64,000 bases of DNA from Polyangiaceae bacterium (GTDB taxonomy: Bacteria; Myxococcota_A; Polyangia; Polyangiales; Polyangiaceae), in contig CBDCTZ010000016.1 in NCBI GenBank assembly GCA_965222375.1, positions 2,912,001 to 2,976,000 on the forward strand. Reading direction: 5' to 3'. The notes under the pieces were generated by a model. The model searched no databases. It saw nothing but the letters and a program-made list of their open reading frames with translations, and was not told where the DNA came from. The translations under genes were made by a program, and so were the position numbers. Shown here piece by piece: positions 20,198-30,603 of this stretch; positions within the stretch are counted from its first letter, which is position 1; each line of letters opens with the position of its first letter.

Positions 20198-22078
20198 ATG
20201 AATCGAATCGAAGACTACGGACTGATCGGAGATTGCCACTCGGTAGCGCTAGTCGGAAAGGACGGCTCGATCGATTGGGCTTGCTTCCCTGCGTTCGATT
20301 CGGCTGCCGTGTTTTGCAAGGTCCTGGATGCAGACACCGGTGGGCATTTTCGCCTGGCGCCCAGCGCTTCACGGGGCGTCAAGCGCTACTACGAGCCCGA
20401 CACGAACGTGCTCGTTACACGTCATCGGTGTGCGGAGGCCGAGCTGGAAGTGACGGATTGCATGCCGACTCGGGATTTCGACGCCGACGACCCGGGCGCG
20501 GTGCGATCCCACCATGCAATCTTGCGACGGGCGCGGGCTGTGGGTGGAAGCGTGGAGTTGGAGCTGGAGATCGTCCCGCGCTTTGGTTATGGCGCGTTCA
20601 CACCACGGTTCACGAGAACCTCTGAGCAGAGCGTCGAGATCGTCGGAGGAGCGGACGCACTCTGGGTGACATCGTCGCACCCACTGCAGGTCAGTCGCGA
20701 TGACGCGACGGCCCAGATCACCCTCCAGGCGGGCGAGGAATTCTGGGTGGAGGTATCCTGGTCACCCTCTCACGAGCCACACCGCAGCGCTCGAGCTCCT
20801 GCGACGTCCGACTACCAAGCGCGGTTGCAGAGCACGCTTTCCTTTTGGCAGAAGTGGATGGCGCGGTCCTGGTACCGAGGCATCTACCCGGAGAAGGTGA
20901 AGCGTTCGGCGCTCGTCTGCAAAGCTCTCACCTACGCGCCAACCGGCGCGGTGGTCGCCGCTCCCACGACGTCCCTGCCAGAGGAAATTGGGGGGAGCCG
21001 CAATTGGGACTACCGCTTCACCTGGATTCGCGACGCAACCTTGACTCTGACCTCGTTGACCGTTTTGGGTTATCGCGCCGAGGCCGAGCGGTTCAAGCTT
21101 TGGTTGGAGCGCACCGGCGCCGGCCGTCCAGAAGACCTCCAGATCATGTACGGGATTCGTGGAGAGCGTTTTCTGCCCGAGATCGATCTTGCCCACTTGT
21201 CAGGGCATCGCGGGTCTCGCCCGGTGCGCATCGGCAATGGCGCTGCCAAGCAAATGCAGCTCGACTCCTATGGGCAAATCCTGGAGGCTGCCTATCTGTT
21301 TTCACGGATCGGTGGCGAGCTCACGGACAGCAATTGGCAGTTCTTGGCCGGATTAGTGGACACGGTTTGTGATCGCTGGCGCTTTCCGGACCACGGGATC
21401 TGGGAGATGCGAGACGACCCGCGCCACTTCATCCACTCCAAGCTCAATTGTTGGGTTGCGCTGGACCGGGGGTTGCGGATGGCCAAGGCGAGCGGGATGC
21501 CCGCGGACCAGAAGAAGTGGCAGGCGCAACGAGATGCGTTGGCAAACTACCTCATGAGCGAGGGCGCCCCGAACGGTTGGTTCCGCCAGGCGGCTGACAA
21601 CGATACCCCGGATGCCAGCACACTGTTGGTTCCCGCGCTCGGTCTCCTGCCGAGCAACCACCCGGCGGTGCTTCAAACCGTCGAGGTCATCCGGCGCGAT
21701 CTGGAGCGAGACGGCTTGGTGTATCGCTACTTGAGCACCGACGGCCTCGAGGGAGGGGAGGGCGCGTTCTTGCTCTGCTCCTTCTGGCTGCTGGATTGCC
21801 TCACCTGCTCCGGGAACCTCTCAGCCGCGGAGGAGCTTTTCGAGCGCCTGCTCAGTTTCGAAAACGACGTAGGGCTCTACGCCGAAGAAGTCGAGCCCGG
21901 CTCGGGCGAGGCGCTGGGCAACTTCCCGCAAGCATTCACTCACATGGCCTTGGTTGCCAGCGCGGCGCACCTATCCGCGGCTCAGCAGGGACTCATCCCC
22001 GCCGACCGAGCCGTGAGCTACAATGAACTGGCTATCGAACGCTTGCTCAGTGCCAAGACAGCTTCCGGGTCCGAATGA
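20198..22078 (+). CDS. Glycoside hydrolase family 15 (trehalase/glucoamylase-like)
   Basis: IEDYGLIGD, PTTSLPE, RNWDYRFTWIRDA, GIWEMR, EGAFLLCSFW, LGNFPQAFTH. Confidence 0.95.
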   Translation: MNRIEDYGLIGDCHSVALVGKDGSIDWACFPAFDSAAVFCKVLDADTGGHFRLAPSASRGVKRYYEPDTNVLVTRHRCAEAELEVTDCMPTRDFDADDPGAVRSHHAILRRARAVGGSVELELEIVPRFGYGAFTPRFTRTSEQSVEIVGGADALWVTSSHPLQVSRDDATAQITLQAGEEFWVEVSWSPSHEPHRSARAPATSDYQARLQSTLSFWQKWMARSWYRGIYPEKVKRSALVCKALTYAPTGAVVAAPTTSLPEEIGGSRNWDYRFTWIRDATLTLTSLTVLGYRAEAERFKLWLERTGAGRPEDLQIMYGIRGERFLPEIDLAHLSGHRGSRPVRIGNGAAKQMQLDSYGQILEAAYLFSRIGGELTDSNWQFLAGLVDTVCDRWRFPDHGIWEMRDDPRHFIHSKLNCWVALDRGLRMAKASGMPADQKKWQAQRDALANYLMSEGAPNGWFRQAADNDTPDASTLLVPALGLLPSNHPAVLQTVEVIRRDLERDGLVYRYLSTDGLEGGEGAFLLCSFWLLDCLTCSGNLSAAEELFERLLSFENDVGLYAEEVEPGSGEALGNFPQAFTHMALVASAAHLSAAQQGLIPADRAVSYNELAIERLLSAKTASGSE

Positions 22079-23316
22079 GTCGCGCCGCGGTCGTCTCCCG
22101 AATCGCTCACGACGCGTCCTTCGAGGCGCCCCCGCGGCCGCTGGCCGACTTCTGGTGGGAGGATCTCCCCCGAGACTTCGCGCGGGAGCGAGAAGCCTTC
22201 GCTCTATCCTGGCAAGACCGCGCAACCGTGGGTGCCGCCGCGGCATCTGATGTCGTCCTGCGAACCGTGGGCGCCTGCCTGGTCGGTGGACTGGCGCTCC
22301 CCTTCGGCTATCACCCTGGCAAGCTCAAGGGCGCCTTCGAGGATCTGCAGATCTACGCTCCCTTGGCCGAGAGCGGTGATGCCTCACGCTTCTTTCGGGC
22401 GCCCGAGCCGGGCGTACGTGTGCGGAGCCGGCGGGCTCGGTTCGCTCGTTTTCGCCCCCGCGGTGGCAACTGGGAAGATCTCACCTTCGAAAGTCAGTAC
22501 GAGCCCTTCAACACCCGGCAACGCTCGAGCTACCTGCGCCACAAGGACAATCGTACTGCGCGCCTGCGCCTGTGGCAGCACCCTGGGCCCCCGCGCCCAA
22601 CCGTGCTGGCGATCCACGGTTTCAGTGCGGATCTGTACTGGTTGAACGAGTGGTTCTTCGCGTTGCCGTGGCTATACCGCATGGGCCTCGATGTCGCGCT
22701 GTTCACCATGCCCTTTCATGGCAGTCGCCAGACTCGATTCTCTCCCTTTTCCGGTCACGGGTTTTTTGCCGGAGGGCCCGCACGGATCAACGAAGCTTTC
22801 GCTCAAGCTGTTCACGACTTCCGGGTCTTCGTCGACTACTTGCTCGCGGAGCGCGGTGTGCCTCGGGTCGGCGTGACCGGCGTGAGCTTGGGAGGTTTCA
22901 CTTCGGCGCTGCTCGCTGCGACTGAGCCGCGACTGAAGTTCGCCATACCCAATGTGCCCCTGGCCACCCTCCCGGATCTGGTTCTCGAGTGGGAGCCCAT
23001 CGGCGTTGTGATCCGCGCGTCCCTCAAACTGTTCCGGCAACGCATTGAGGATGCCCGCGCGATGCTCGCCGTGAGCTCCCCCCTGTCCTACGCGCCGCTC
23101 CTGCCTCGAGAGCGCCTGATGGTTATCGGGGGGATCGGCGACAGGCTCGCTCCCCCGAAGCACTCACGCCTCCTCTGGGAGCATTGGCAGCGCTGCAAGC
23201 TGCACTGGTTCGTGGGCAGTCACCTGCTTCACTTCGACCGCGGCGACTACTTGCGGCACACCGGCAGGTTCCTGAACGAGATCGGTTTCTTCGAAGACGT
23301 GCCTTCCGGGCGCTGA
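22075..23316 (+). CDS. Alpha/beta hydrolase
   Basis: LAIHGF, GVSLGG elbow, GDRL, GSHL; ATGA overlap with GH15. Confidence 0.85.
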   Translation: MSRAAVVSRIAHDASFEAPPRPLADFWWEDLPRDFAREREAFALSWQDRATVGAAAASDVVLRTVGACLVGGLALPFGYHPGKLKGAFEDLQIYAPLAESGDASRFFRAPEPGVRVRSRRARFARFRPRGGNWEDLTFESQYEPFNTRQRSSYLRHKDNRTARLRLWQHPGPPRPTVLAIHGFSADLYWLNEWFFALPWLYRMGLDVALFTMPFHGSRQTRFSPFSGHGFFAGGPARINEAFAQAVHDFRVFVDYLLAERGVPRVGVTGVSLGGFTSALLAATEPRLKFAIPNVPLATLPDLVLEWEPIGVVIRASLKLFRQRIEDARAMLAVSSPLSYAPLLPRERLMVIGGIGDRLAPPKHSRLLWEHWQRCKLHWFVGSHLLHFDRGDYLRHTGRFLNEIGFFEDVPSGR

Positions 23317-23328
23317 GCCCGAAGTGAG

Positions 23329-24972
23329 CTAGGCGCTGACCGCTTCTCGAACTACCGGCAATCGCCCGCGTTGAGGTTCCGGCTCCCGGAGGTTTTCCTC
23401 CAGCCAGGCCTCGCTCCCCAAATCCCGCAGCTTCTGCTGTTGCTCCGCGAGCTTCTCGTAGCAGTACGGCAACATCGATCGGAAGTGCACGTACAGCACG
23501 GATAAGGTAGCCAGCGCTTCGATGCCCGCGCTGTTCTTCGTGGCTACTTTTGCGAAGGCCTTCCAGAACGGGCCACGAGTGTCACGGTTCTTCGTCATCT
23601 CCACGGTCAGACGCAGGAAGGTGCGCGCATTGCGCAGGAAGATGTACGACCCTGGAATCAGGTTCGGAACTGTGTTCAAGCGCACCGCCACGTCCGCGCA
23701 GCGCTGAAAGTACTTCTCCGCATCGAAGGAGTGGTGCATCACTCGCACCAGGTCCTCGAGCACCTCTTCTGCCGGGCGTTCAGTCTTGAATTGAATGCCT
23801 GCACTGATCTGGTCGCGGGCGCCGTCGGCAAGGTCCTTTCGAGCTTTCGGGAAGAGCCGCCCCTCTCGATCCAAGCGCTTGGAGAGAGCCGTGCCCGGCA
23901 GGGGATACACCACGCCTGCCATGACCCAGGGGATGCAGGCGTCATCGATGCAGCGAATGATCTGATCGGCGATATCCTTCGACTCACCGTCCAGCCCGAG
24001 CAAGAAGCCGGAGTGCAACGTAGCCCCAGCCTCGCGATAGAACAGGTCAGCCGCTTCGGCGATGGAAAAGCCCGTGTTGTGAGGCTTCTTCGCGCTCTTG
24101 AGCGCGTTTTCGTCCGGAGTCTCGATGCCGACGAGGAAGTACTTGAAGCGTGCTTCGCGCAACAGTCTCAAGACCTCAGGATCCTTGGCGGTGTTCAGGG
24201 TCAGAGACGTACTCAGCGCGAACGGGTAGTTGTGCTCCTTTAGCCATTTCGCTAGGGCGCGCAACAGTGGCTTCACGTCCTTCATGTGACCTACGAGGTT
24301 GTCATCGAAGAAGTCCAGCTGTCCCCGATAACCGAGGTTGTAGAGCGTTTCTAGCTCGGACAGGACCTGGGGGATCGTCTTCGTGCGGTACTCGTTCTTG
24401 AACAGATCGATCACGTTGCAGAATTCGCAATGATACGGGCATCCGCGGGAGTACTGCACACCGACATAGAGGTAGTCCCGATGATTGATCAGGTCGAAAC
24501 GAGGCACTGGGCTCTTGGTCATGTCCGGCAGTTCGTCGGAGCGATAGGTCTTCTTCTTCACGCCGGCTTCGATGTCCTTCAGCAGTTTCGGCACGATAGT
24601 CTCGCCCTCGCCGAGGCAGAGGTAGTCGACATCCACATCTTCATAGAATTGAGGACTCATCGTTGGGTCCGGCCCACCGACCGCTACGGGCTTGCCCCGT
24701 TTCTTGGCGCGCCGAATCACGGCCAGAGCCCGGTCCCGATGCACGATCTTGCTTCCCACCAGCACCATGTCCGCCCAATCGAGATCTGAATCCGAGAGTG
24801 GATTCACGTTCTCGTCGATCAGGCGCAGGTCCCAAGATTTGGGGAGAAGTGCGGCGACCGTGAGCAGGCCCAGGGGCGGCGTCATGTATTTCACGCCGGC
24901 GAGTTCACAGACTTTCTCGAAGTTCCAAAACGAAAAGCTGTCGAACTTGGGCCAGATTAAAAGGACCTTCAT
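23329..24972 (-). CDS. B12-binding radical SAM protein (DUF4070-type C-terminus)
   Basis: PPLGLLTVAALLP B12 domain, SRGCPYHCEFC, FFDDN; start MKVLLIW with AAGGAG RBS. Confidence 0.92.
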   Translation of the reverse strand: MKVLLIWPKFDSFSFWNFEKVCELAGVKYMTPPLGLLTVAALLPKSWDLRLIDENVNPLSDSDLDWADMVLVGSKIVHRDRALAVIRRAKKRGKPVAVGGPDPTMSPQFYEDVDVDYLCLGEGETIVPKLLKDIEAGVKKKTYRSDELPDMTKSPVPRFDLINHRDYLYVGVQYSRGCPYHCEFCNVIDLFKNEYRTKTIPQVLSELETLYNLGYRGQLDFFDDNLVGHMKDVKPLLRALAKWLKEHNYPFALSTSLTLNTAKDPEVLRLLREARFKYFLVGIETPDENALKSAKKPHNTGFSIAEAADLFYREAGATLHSGFLLGLDGESKDIADQIIRCIDDACIPWVMAGVVYPLPGTALSKRLDREGRLFPKARKDLADGARDQISAGIQFKTERPAEEVLEDLVRVMHHSFDAEKYFQRCADVAVRLNTVPNLIPGSYIFLRNARTFLRLTVEMTKNRDTRGPFWKAFAKVATKNSAGIEALATLSVLYVHFRSMLPYCYEKLAEQQQKLRDLGSEAWLEENLREPEPQRGRLPVVREAVSA

Positions 24973-25171
24973 GAAGCACTCCTTCTCACGCAAATGATGC
25001 GGGAGGCTATCTGAGAGGGGGGCCGCGCCACTTGACCCCAATCAACGTTCAGTTCCAGGTCTGGCTGAGCGCACCCGGATGCAAGCGATCCCCCAAATGG
25101 GATGGCACGGCGTAGCGAAGCGTTGGGAAGTCGGAGCCGGGGCGGCGCCTGAGCGCGGCACCGCTTAGCTT

Positions 25172-26243
25172 TCAGAAAACCTCGAAGGCGCCCGAGGGCG
25201 CCTTACACTCGGATACCGTTTTTAGGAAGATCTGCTGTCCGGAGCAATTCGAGCTGTCGGTGCAGGAACAACGGTTGTTGACACACTCGGTGCCGGCCCT
25301 GCTGCCGGCACAATCCGCTTTGGTCTCGCAACCGCAGCGCCCTAACGACTGAATGCACCTTGCGCCACCGTGGATTGTGCCCGTTGTCCGAGCCCGCGTG
25401 CAGCTCCACAGGCGTGCTTGCGCCAAGCTTCAGGACCCAGAGCCGCTTCTTGTACAGGTAGTAGAGATCTTTGCTGCAGTTGCTGGCGAAGCCACGAATC
25501 TCATCCGCGGCTGAAACCACAACAGTCGGCGTACCGCCGCTGACCGGCACAGATGCGACCTCCCGGGTGAAACCGCAGGTGCTGCATTTGAGATACTGCT
25601 GTCCGAGCCAAACTTTGTCGCCAACCACTCCGAGTGCCGTGATGGCGCGCAGGTTCTCGGCGAGCAGCACCGGTTCGCACGCACCGGCAGTGCACGGCCC
25701 GTCCCCGCAATTACGCGTGCAGCTACCGCTGTTGGCAGGTGCTGACAGGTCAACCTCGCACCCGCTGGCGTCGTTGCCGTCACAGTTCGCAAAACCGCTC
25801 GAGCATTCGATTTCGCATTTGCCCGCAGCGCACGCCGAGCTGTCCGCATTGGTGGTGCCGCACACGTTGCCGCAAGCACCGCAGTTGTTTACGTCTTTTT
25901 CGACCGGCGACTCGCAGCCGTTCTTCATGTCGCCGTCACAGTCATCCGTGAAAGCGTCGCACTGGATGCCGCATTGGCCGTTGTCGCAAGCGGGATCCGC
26001 GCTCGGAGCACTCGGGCACGCGCGCCCGCACACGCCGCAATTGAGGGGGTGGGCGTTGAGGTCGACCTCACAACCGTTGGCGGAGTTTCCGTCGCAATCC
26101 GCCCGCTGCCCCGTACAAGGAGCCGGTCCGCCATCTAGGATGGTTGTCGGAGCGCCCTTGAGCGAATCCAAGTCGTTGGTCGCCGTACAACTGGCAGTGG
26201 CCAGCGCAAGAAGTAGGCATCCGCCGCGCACTGTCCGCAGCAT
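25172..26243 (-). pseudogene. Cys-rich repeat lipoprotein-like CDS with a frameshift near 25381 (real lesion or sequencing error)
   Basis: Signal ending TASC; repeats ADCDG...NGCE...NCGxCG..C; partial propeller-like region; Cys-rich tail continues in another frame after a 3-nt C run at 25380-25382. Confidence 0.65.
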
Positions 26244-26278
26244 AGCACCGCGTGGTTGTGGGCATTTCTCGAGCGCGG

Positions 26279-26941
26279 CTAGTCGCCGAAATTCCAGGCG
26301 ATACCCAGGAAGGGAGTGAGGTTTTGAGTGCCATGCACTGTGTCGTCGGCCAGAGCGTGACCGCCTCGGCGGTCGTAGTAACGGACGCGGTACTCGACGC
26401 GAAGTGCGACGGCGAGTTCGTCCGTCACCGGTACAGTGCCGCCCGCGCCGAGCATCCACGCGATGGTGGGGTGCGTGCGCAGCGCGCCAGAAGTATCGCC
26501 GCTTTCGCTCGGCAGGTCCGAGCGGGCCGTGTCGTGCCGTCGGCCTACAGCGCCGTAGCCCAGCTCGACGAACAGCCTTCGCCAATGGGCTCTAATGACG
26601 GGGCCGGCCCACATCTCTAGATAGGAGCCGCCAACTTCGCCCTCGACCTGCGGTGCGCCGTCGGCGTCGAAGGCGACGAAGCGTGCGGCGCTGCGCTTAC
26701 CCGCGTCGAGTTGCTGGAATACGCCGACCTCCAGGGGCCCCCACACGTCGTAGGTGAGCATGTGGAGCAGTCCGATCTCGCTATTTTCGACCAGGCGATC
26801 TCCTCGTGCACCTCCGACCTCGGTTTTCACCTGCTGCTCGAAGCGCGAAACGGTCAGCCCGGCGTCCAGGCGCCAGGGACCCTGGGCGGCACCAATTCCA
26901 CACCATAGGGTGATGCCGAAAAAGACGAGGACGGCGCGCAT
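26279..26941 (-). CDS. Outer-membrane beta-barrel protein
   Basis: Signal peptide, about 8 amphipathic strands, terminal strand LTPFLGIAWNF. Confidence 0.7.
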   Translation of the reverse strand: MRAVLVFFGITLWCGIGAAQGPWRLDAGLTVSRFEQQVKTEVGGARGDRLVENSEIGLLHMLTYDVWGPLEVGVFQQLDAGKRSAARFVAFDADGAPQVEGEVGGSYLEMWAGPVIRAHWRRLFVELGYGAVGRRHDTARSDLPSESGDTSGALRTHPTIAWMLGAGGTVPVTDELAVALRVEYRVRYYDRRGGHALADDTVHGTQNLTPFLGIAWNFGD

Positions 26942-26983
26942 TTGTGCTCAGCCTACCCAGGGTCCGGGTGGTAGTGAAGCGGA

Positions 26984-27703
26984 GTGCACCAACTCCTCAT
27001 CGCGTCCCTGCCAGTTTGGCTGACCTACGCCTTTTATGCCGTCGTCGCGTGGGGCGTGGCCGCCGTGCTGGCTACCTTTCGGGTCGTCACCACAGGCACG
27101 ACCATGTCGTTGCTGATGCGCGTGGGCTTCGTGCTGTGGCTGGTTGTGCCCGCTTGGCTGGCGAACTCGGGGGCACTTTTGGATTTCAGTGTCATTCCAC
27201 CGATGATCTTCGGGGTCGTGGTTCCCATGGCGCTGATCATCACCGTCTTCTCGTTTTCTCGCGCAGGCAAATGGGTTGCCGAGCGCATGCCACTAACGCT
27301 GCTCGTGGGGTTTCAGGTGTTTCGGATCCCTTTGGAGATCTTGCTGCACCAGCTGCATTCCCACGGCGTGTTGCCCGTTCAGATGACCTTCGCGGGACTG
27401 AACTTCGACATCCTCAGCGGTGTGGGCGCGCTCGTGCTGTGGGTCATGCTCCGGCGTGGGCATGTTGCGCCGACGCTGCTGAAGGTGTGGAACGTTGCCG
27501 GACTCGTGCTGTTGATTACCATCGTGTCCATCGCGGTGATGGCTTTTCCAGCACCCTTTGGCCTGTTCACGCCGCAGAATCGGCTCGTCGCCTATTTCCC
27601 CTGGGTCTGGTTGCCGACGTTCTTGGTGCAGTTGGCGTTGGCTGGTCACCTGCTCATGTTTCGCAAACTGCAGGCAATGCCGCCTGAAAAATCCGCTGAC
27701 TGA
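26984..27703 (+). CDS. Integral membrane protein of unknown function
   Basis: About 7 hydrophobic helices; conserved-looking QVFRIPLE, NFDILSG, FPWVWLP segments. Confidence 0.75.
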   Translation: MHQLLIASLPVWLTYAFYAVVAWGVAAVLATFRVVTTGTTMSLLMRVGFVLWLVVPAWLANSGALLDFSVIPPMIFGVVVPMALIITVFSFSRAGKWVAERMPLTLLVGFQVFRIPLEILLHQLHSHGVLPVQMTFAGLNFDILSGVGALVLWVMLRRGHVAPTLLKVWNVAGLVLLITIVSIAVMAFPAPFGLFTPQNRLVAYFPWVWLPTFLVQLALAGHLLMFRKLQAMPPEKSAD

Positions 27704-27754
27704 GCCCCCCGGCCCGATTGACTCCCCGGACGGGGTCGGTAGAAGCTGCGTGAC

Positions 27755-28420
27755 ATGGGCGCACCCGACTCTCCTCCCAATGCGCGCATATCCAGAGCCG
27801 CTTCGAGCTTGCGCACACACGCCCTCGGGTTGCCAGAAACCACCGAGGACTTCCCTTGGGGCCATAGCGCTTTCAAGGTGCGCGGGAAGGCGTTCGTTTT
27901 TCTCGTGGCGAGTGGGGACGGCCTGAAGCTCTCGGTCAAGCTGCCAAGCTCGGGTTTCGAAGCGCTTGCGCTGCCCTTCGCGTCCCCCACCGGCTACGGG
28001 TTGGGCAAGAGCGGCTGGGTCTCCGCGGGGTTGGGGCCGCGCGACGAGATCCCCGTCGAGCTCTTGATGGAGTGGATCGATGAGAGCTATCGAGCCATCG
28101 CGCCGAAGACGCTTGCGCGGGAGCTCGACACGGCGCAGCGGTCCGAGCAGACGCAGGCCGACGCGGGTGCGACGCCGGTCTCGCCGAAGCGGAAGGCGAA
28201 ACGCCGGGTCGCCAAAGGCACCCTCGAGAAGCGCAGCGCTGCGAAGAAGAAGCCGGCCAGCAAGCAGAAGCGCCCTCCAGTCAAGAAGACAGCCAAGAAG
28301 AAGACAGCCAAGAAGAAGACAGCCAAGAAGAAGACAGCCAAGAGAAGGGCCGCCGCGAAAAAGGCCCCTCGCAAACCGAACCGCCAGCGCCGCCGGACCA
28401 GCGTCAGGAAGAAAGCGTGA
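27755..28420 (+). CDS. MmcQ/YjbR-family protein with histone H1-like Lys/Ala tail
   Basis: [11 protein letters not shown]...FKVRGKAF...[11 protein letters not shown]...[12 protein letters not shown] followed by KKTAK repeats. Confidence 0.88.
   Translation: MGAPDSPPNARISRAASSLRTHALGLPETTEDFPWGHSAFKVRGKAFVFLVASGDGLKLSVKLPSSGFEALALPFASPTGYGLGKSGWVSAGLGPRDEIPVELLMEWIDESYRAIAPKTLARELDTAQRSEQTQADAGATPVSPKRKAKRRVAKGTLEKRSAAKKKPASKQKRPPVKKTAKKKTAKKKTAKKKTAKRRAAAKKAPRKPNRQRRRTSVRKKA
28283..28342 (+). repeat. Perfect 15-bp coding tandem repeat x4 (AAGAAGACAGCCAAG)
   Basis: Directly visible; encodes KKTAK four times. Confidence 0.95.
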
Positions 28421-28890
28421 GCCAAGACTTCACTGGGCTAGCTATTCAAGATGGCGATGAAGACGTCCAGGCGGCGGCGCCAAGCACCCTGGTGCGCATC
28501 GCGGGCCGCGCTGCCACCTTGACGGGCGTCTTCACCGTGGTGCTCGGCTTTCAGACCCTTGCGAACATTCGCTTGGTCGGCATCTTCGCTGTTGCCCCCT
28601 TCGCTCAGTTGCTTTTTGGGGTGGCGCTGGCCGTCGCCGGGTGGAAGCTCTCTCGCGGGCGGGGTTGGGCTGCGATTGCCAGCGCGGTGCTCGCTGCCTT
28701 GACCGTGTTGGCCACGTTGGGGTTTTCGATTACGGCCCTGCTCGGTGGCTACGTGTCTCTGATGCCCGTGTTTGTGATCTTCTCGGGTGTAGTGAGCGCT
28801 GTCATGGCGGGGATCGGCATCGGCGAATGCCTGCGCGGCGACAAAGCGCGGGAGCGCCTGGCGGCGCAGGGCCTGGACATGGGGCTGTGA
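28417..28890 (+). CDS. Membrane protein (4 TM)
   Basis: Four hydrophobic helices; GTGA overlap with upstream gene. Confidence 0.75.
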   Translation: MSQDFTGLAIQDGDEDVQAAAPSTLVRIAGRAATLTGVFTVVLGFQTLANIRLVGIFAVAPFAQLLFGVALAVAGWKLSRGRGWAAIASAVLAALTVLATLGFSITALLGGYVSLMPVFVIFSGVVSAVMAGIGIGECLRGDKARERLAAQGLDMGL

Positions 28891-28972
28891 CCGCGGGCGC
28901 ATTGGCCAAGCCCTTTCGAGTCGCCGCGCCAGCTATTACCCGTGCGCCGTTTCCGCGCTAGATAGGCCTGCC

Positions 28973-29836
28973 GTGTTCATCCCCCGCCGTCTCGACAAGT
29001 ACGTGCGTGACGCGACTCCACTGACCGTGGAGCAGGTCCGGGCCGAACTGTCAGCAGGGCGCATTGCCGTGAACGGGACCGAAGTCCGAGTCCCGATGCA
29101 GCTGATCTTCGAGGATGACCTGGTCACGCTAGCTCGCGAGCCGATCACGCCCAGGGCCGTCCACAGTCACTTCGTATTGAACAAGCCCTTGAGCGTCACC
29201 AGCACGGTTCGTGATCCGGAGGGCCGAGCGGATCTGAGTCCCTTCATGCGCCGCATGCCACCGGGGGTATTCCCGATCGGGCGGCTCGATCGTTCGACTT
29301 CTGGGCTACTGCTTTTCACGACGGATGGCGACCTCGCCCACGCCGTGCTGCACCCGGATCATCATACGGAAAAGCTGTACTGGCTATGGCTCAACGAGCA
29401 CGTCGCCGACGACGACCCGCGCCTGGCCCAGCTGACCGAGGGCTTGCTCTTGCGGGGTCGACGGGAGAAAGCGAGGTCCGTTCGGGTTCTTCATCGCACG
29501 GCGGATTTCACCGAGCTGCACGTCACCCTGAGTGAGGGAAAGAACCGGCAAATCCGTCGGATGATGCGGGCGCTGGACTTCTACCTCCACGCCCTGCACC
29601 GACTGCAAATTGGTCCGATTGCGGATCCTGATCTGGCCCCTGGCGAGATGCGCAGCCTGGACGATAGCGAGGTTGAAGCTCTGTGGCGAGCTACTGGTAG
29701 CCGCGAGAGCGTGAACAAGAGGAAGATTGCGGCTCTGCAGCGGCTGGCTGAGCGCCGCCGCACGCAGGCGCCAGACTCGCGCCTCGAGGCGTGGCTCTAC
29801 GGGGCCCGCTCAGGCTCATGCAGCGGCGCTGGTTAG
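28973..29836 (+). CDS. rRNA pseudouridine synthase (RsuA/RluB family)
   Basis: S4-like N-terminus, LNKP, IGRLDRSTSGLLLFT (catalytic Asp), EGKNRQIRRM. Confidence 0.93.
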   Translation: MFIPRRLDKYVRDATPLTVEQVRAELSAGRIAVNGTEVRVPMQLIFEDDLVTLAREPITPRAVHSHFVLNKPLSVTSTVRDPEGRADLSPFMRRMPPGVFPIGRLDRSTSGLLLFTTDGDLAHAVLHPDHHTEKLYWLWLNEHVADDDPRLAQLTEGLLLRGRREKARSVRVLHRTADFTELHVTLSEGKNRQIRRMMRALDFYLHALHRLQIGPIADPDLAPGEMRSLDDSEVEALWRATGSRESVNKRKIAALQRLAERRRTQAPDSRLEAWLYGARSGSCSGAG

Positions 29837-30472
29837 GTCAGCGCTTGCCCGACGATTCAAGCGCGCGATCAACTTGTGCTTCTTGGAGTACACCGTGGCC
29901 ACACTGATGCCCATGTCCTCGGCCAGCGCCTTTGGATCGAGGTTCTCCGTGCAGATCTGCTCGAGAAAGACCCGGTCCCTCGGATTCAGATCCCTCATCC
30001 AATCCCGCACTCGATTCGTACGCTCGGTGCCGAGGTAGCACTCGAAGGGATCCGGATCGATGCTGGACACGGACTCGAGCACGGACACGGAGCTTCGCTT
30101 GGCGTCGCGCTTGTGCTTGCGCAAGAAGTCGTAGGTGGTGCGAATCGCGATCGTGCCCAGCCAAGCTGCCAGGGAGCAGCCGCGGCTGGGGTCGAAGGCC
30201 GCCAAACGCTTGCCGCCGTTCTGAACCAGTCGCAGGCATACTGTCGAGTAGATGTCTTGTTCGTCCTCGGGGCTCGCCACGGCTCGGAATCGCGAGGTCA
30301 CGCTCGTGATGCACCGACGCATGGTGGGACCATGCCTGCGCAGCAGCTCGGCCCAAGCCTGCTCGCTGCCGCTGAGCAGGGCCTCGAGCAGTGCCGGGTC
30401 GTCGAGATTTTCGGCGTCGAGACGGATCGTCGCCGGACTGGGGGCGGAAGCTAAGTGAGGGATGGTGTGCAT
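29816..30472 (-). CDS. ECF-type sigma-70 factor
   Basis: Region 2 (DEQDIYSTV...AWLGTIAIRTTYDFLRK) and region 4 HTH (LAEDMGISVATVYSKK); start approximate. Confidence 0.88.
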   Translation of the reverse strand: MHTIPHLASAPSPATIRLDAENLDDPALLEALLSGSEQAWAELLRRHGPTMRRCITSVTSRFRAVASPEDEQDIYSTVCLRLVQNGGKRLAAFDPSRGCSLAAWLGTIAIRTTYDFLRKHKRDAKRSSVSVLESVSSIDPDPFECYLGTERTNRVRDWMRDLNPRDRVFLEQICTENLDPKALAEDMGISVATVYSKKHKLIARLNRRASADLTSAAA

Positions 30473-30603
30473 GGCCTGTTTCATGCGCGAACTTACGAGG
30501 CCGCCTAAAACCTGCCCCCTCAAAGATCCTCAAAGTCGACCCCTCGCATCCTTTGAGGCGCGGGATTAAGACCGGATCCGTGGTCGCCGCCGCCCGTCCC
30601 CGC

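Noticed and set aside
23329..24972. Calling the radical SAM gene hpnP
   Set aside because: The domain layout is shared by a broad family, and no hopanoid genes are nearby
24973..25171. Cobalamin riboswitch upstream of the B12 radical SAM gene
   Set aside because: Only a short GCCAGACCTG resemblance; the conserved core motifs are not visible
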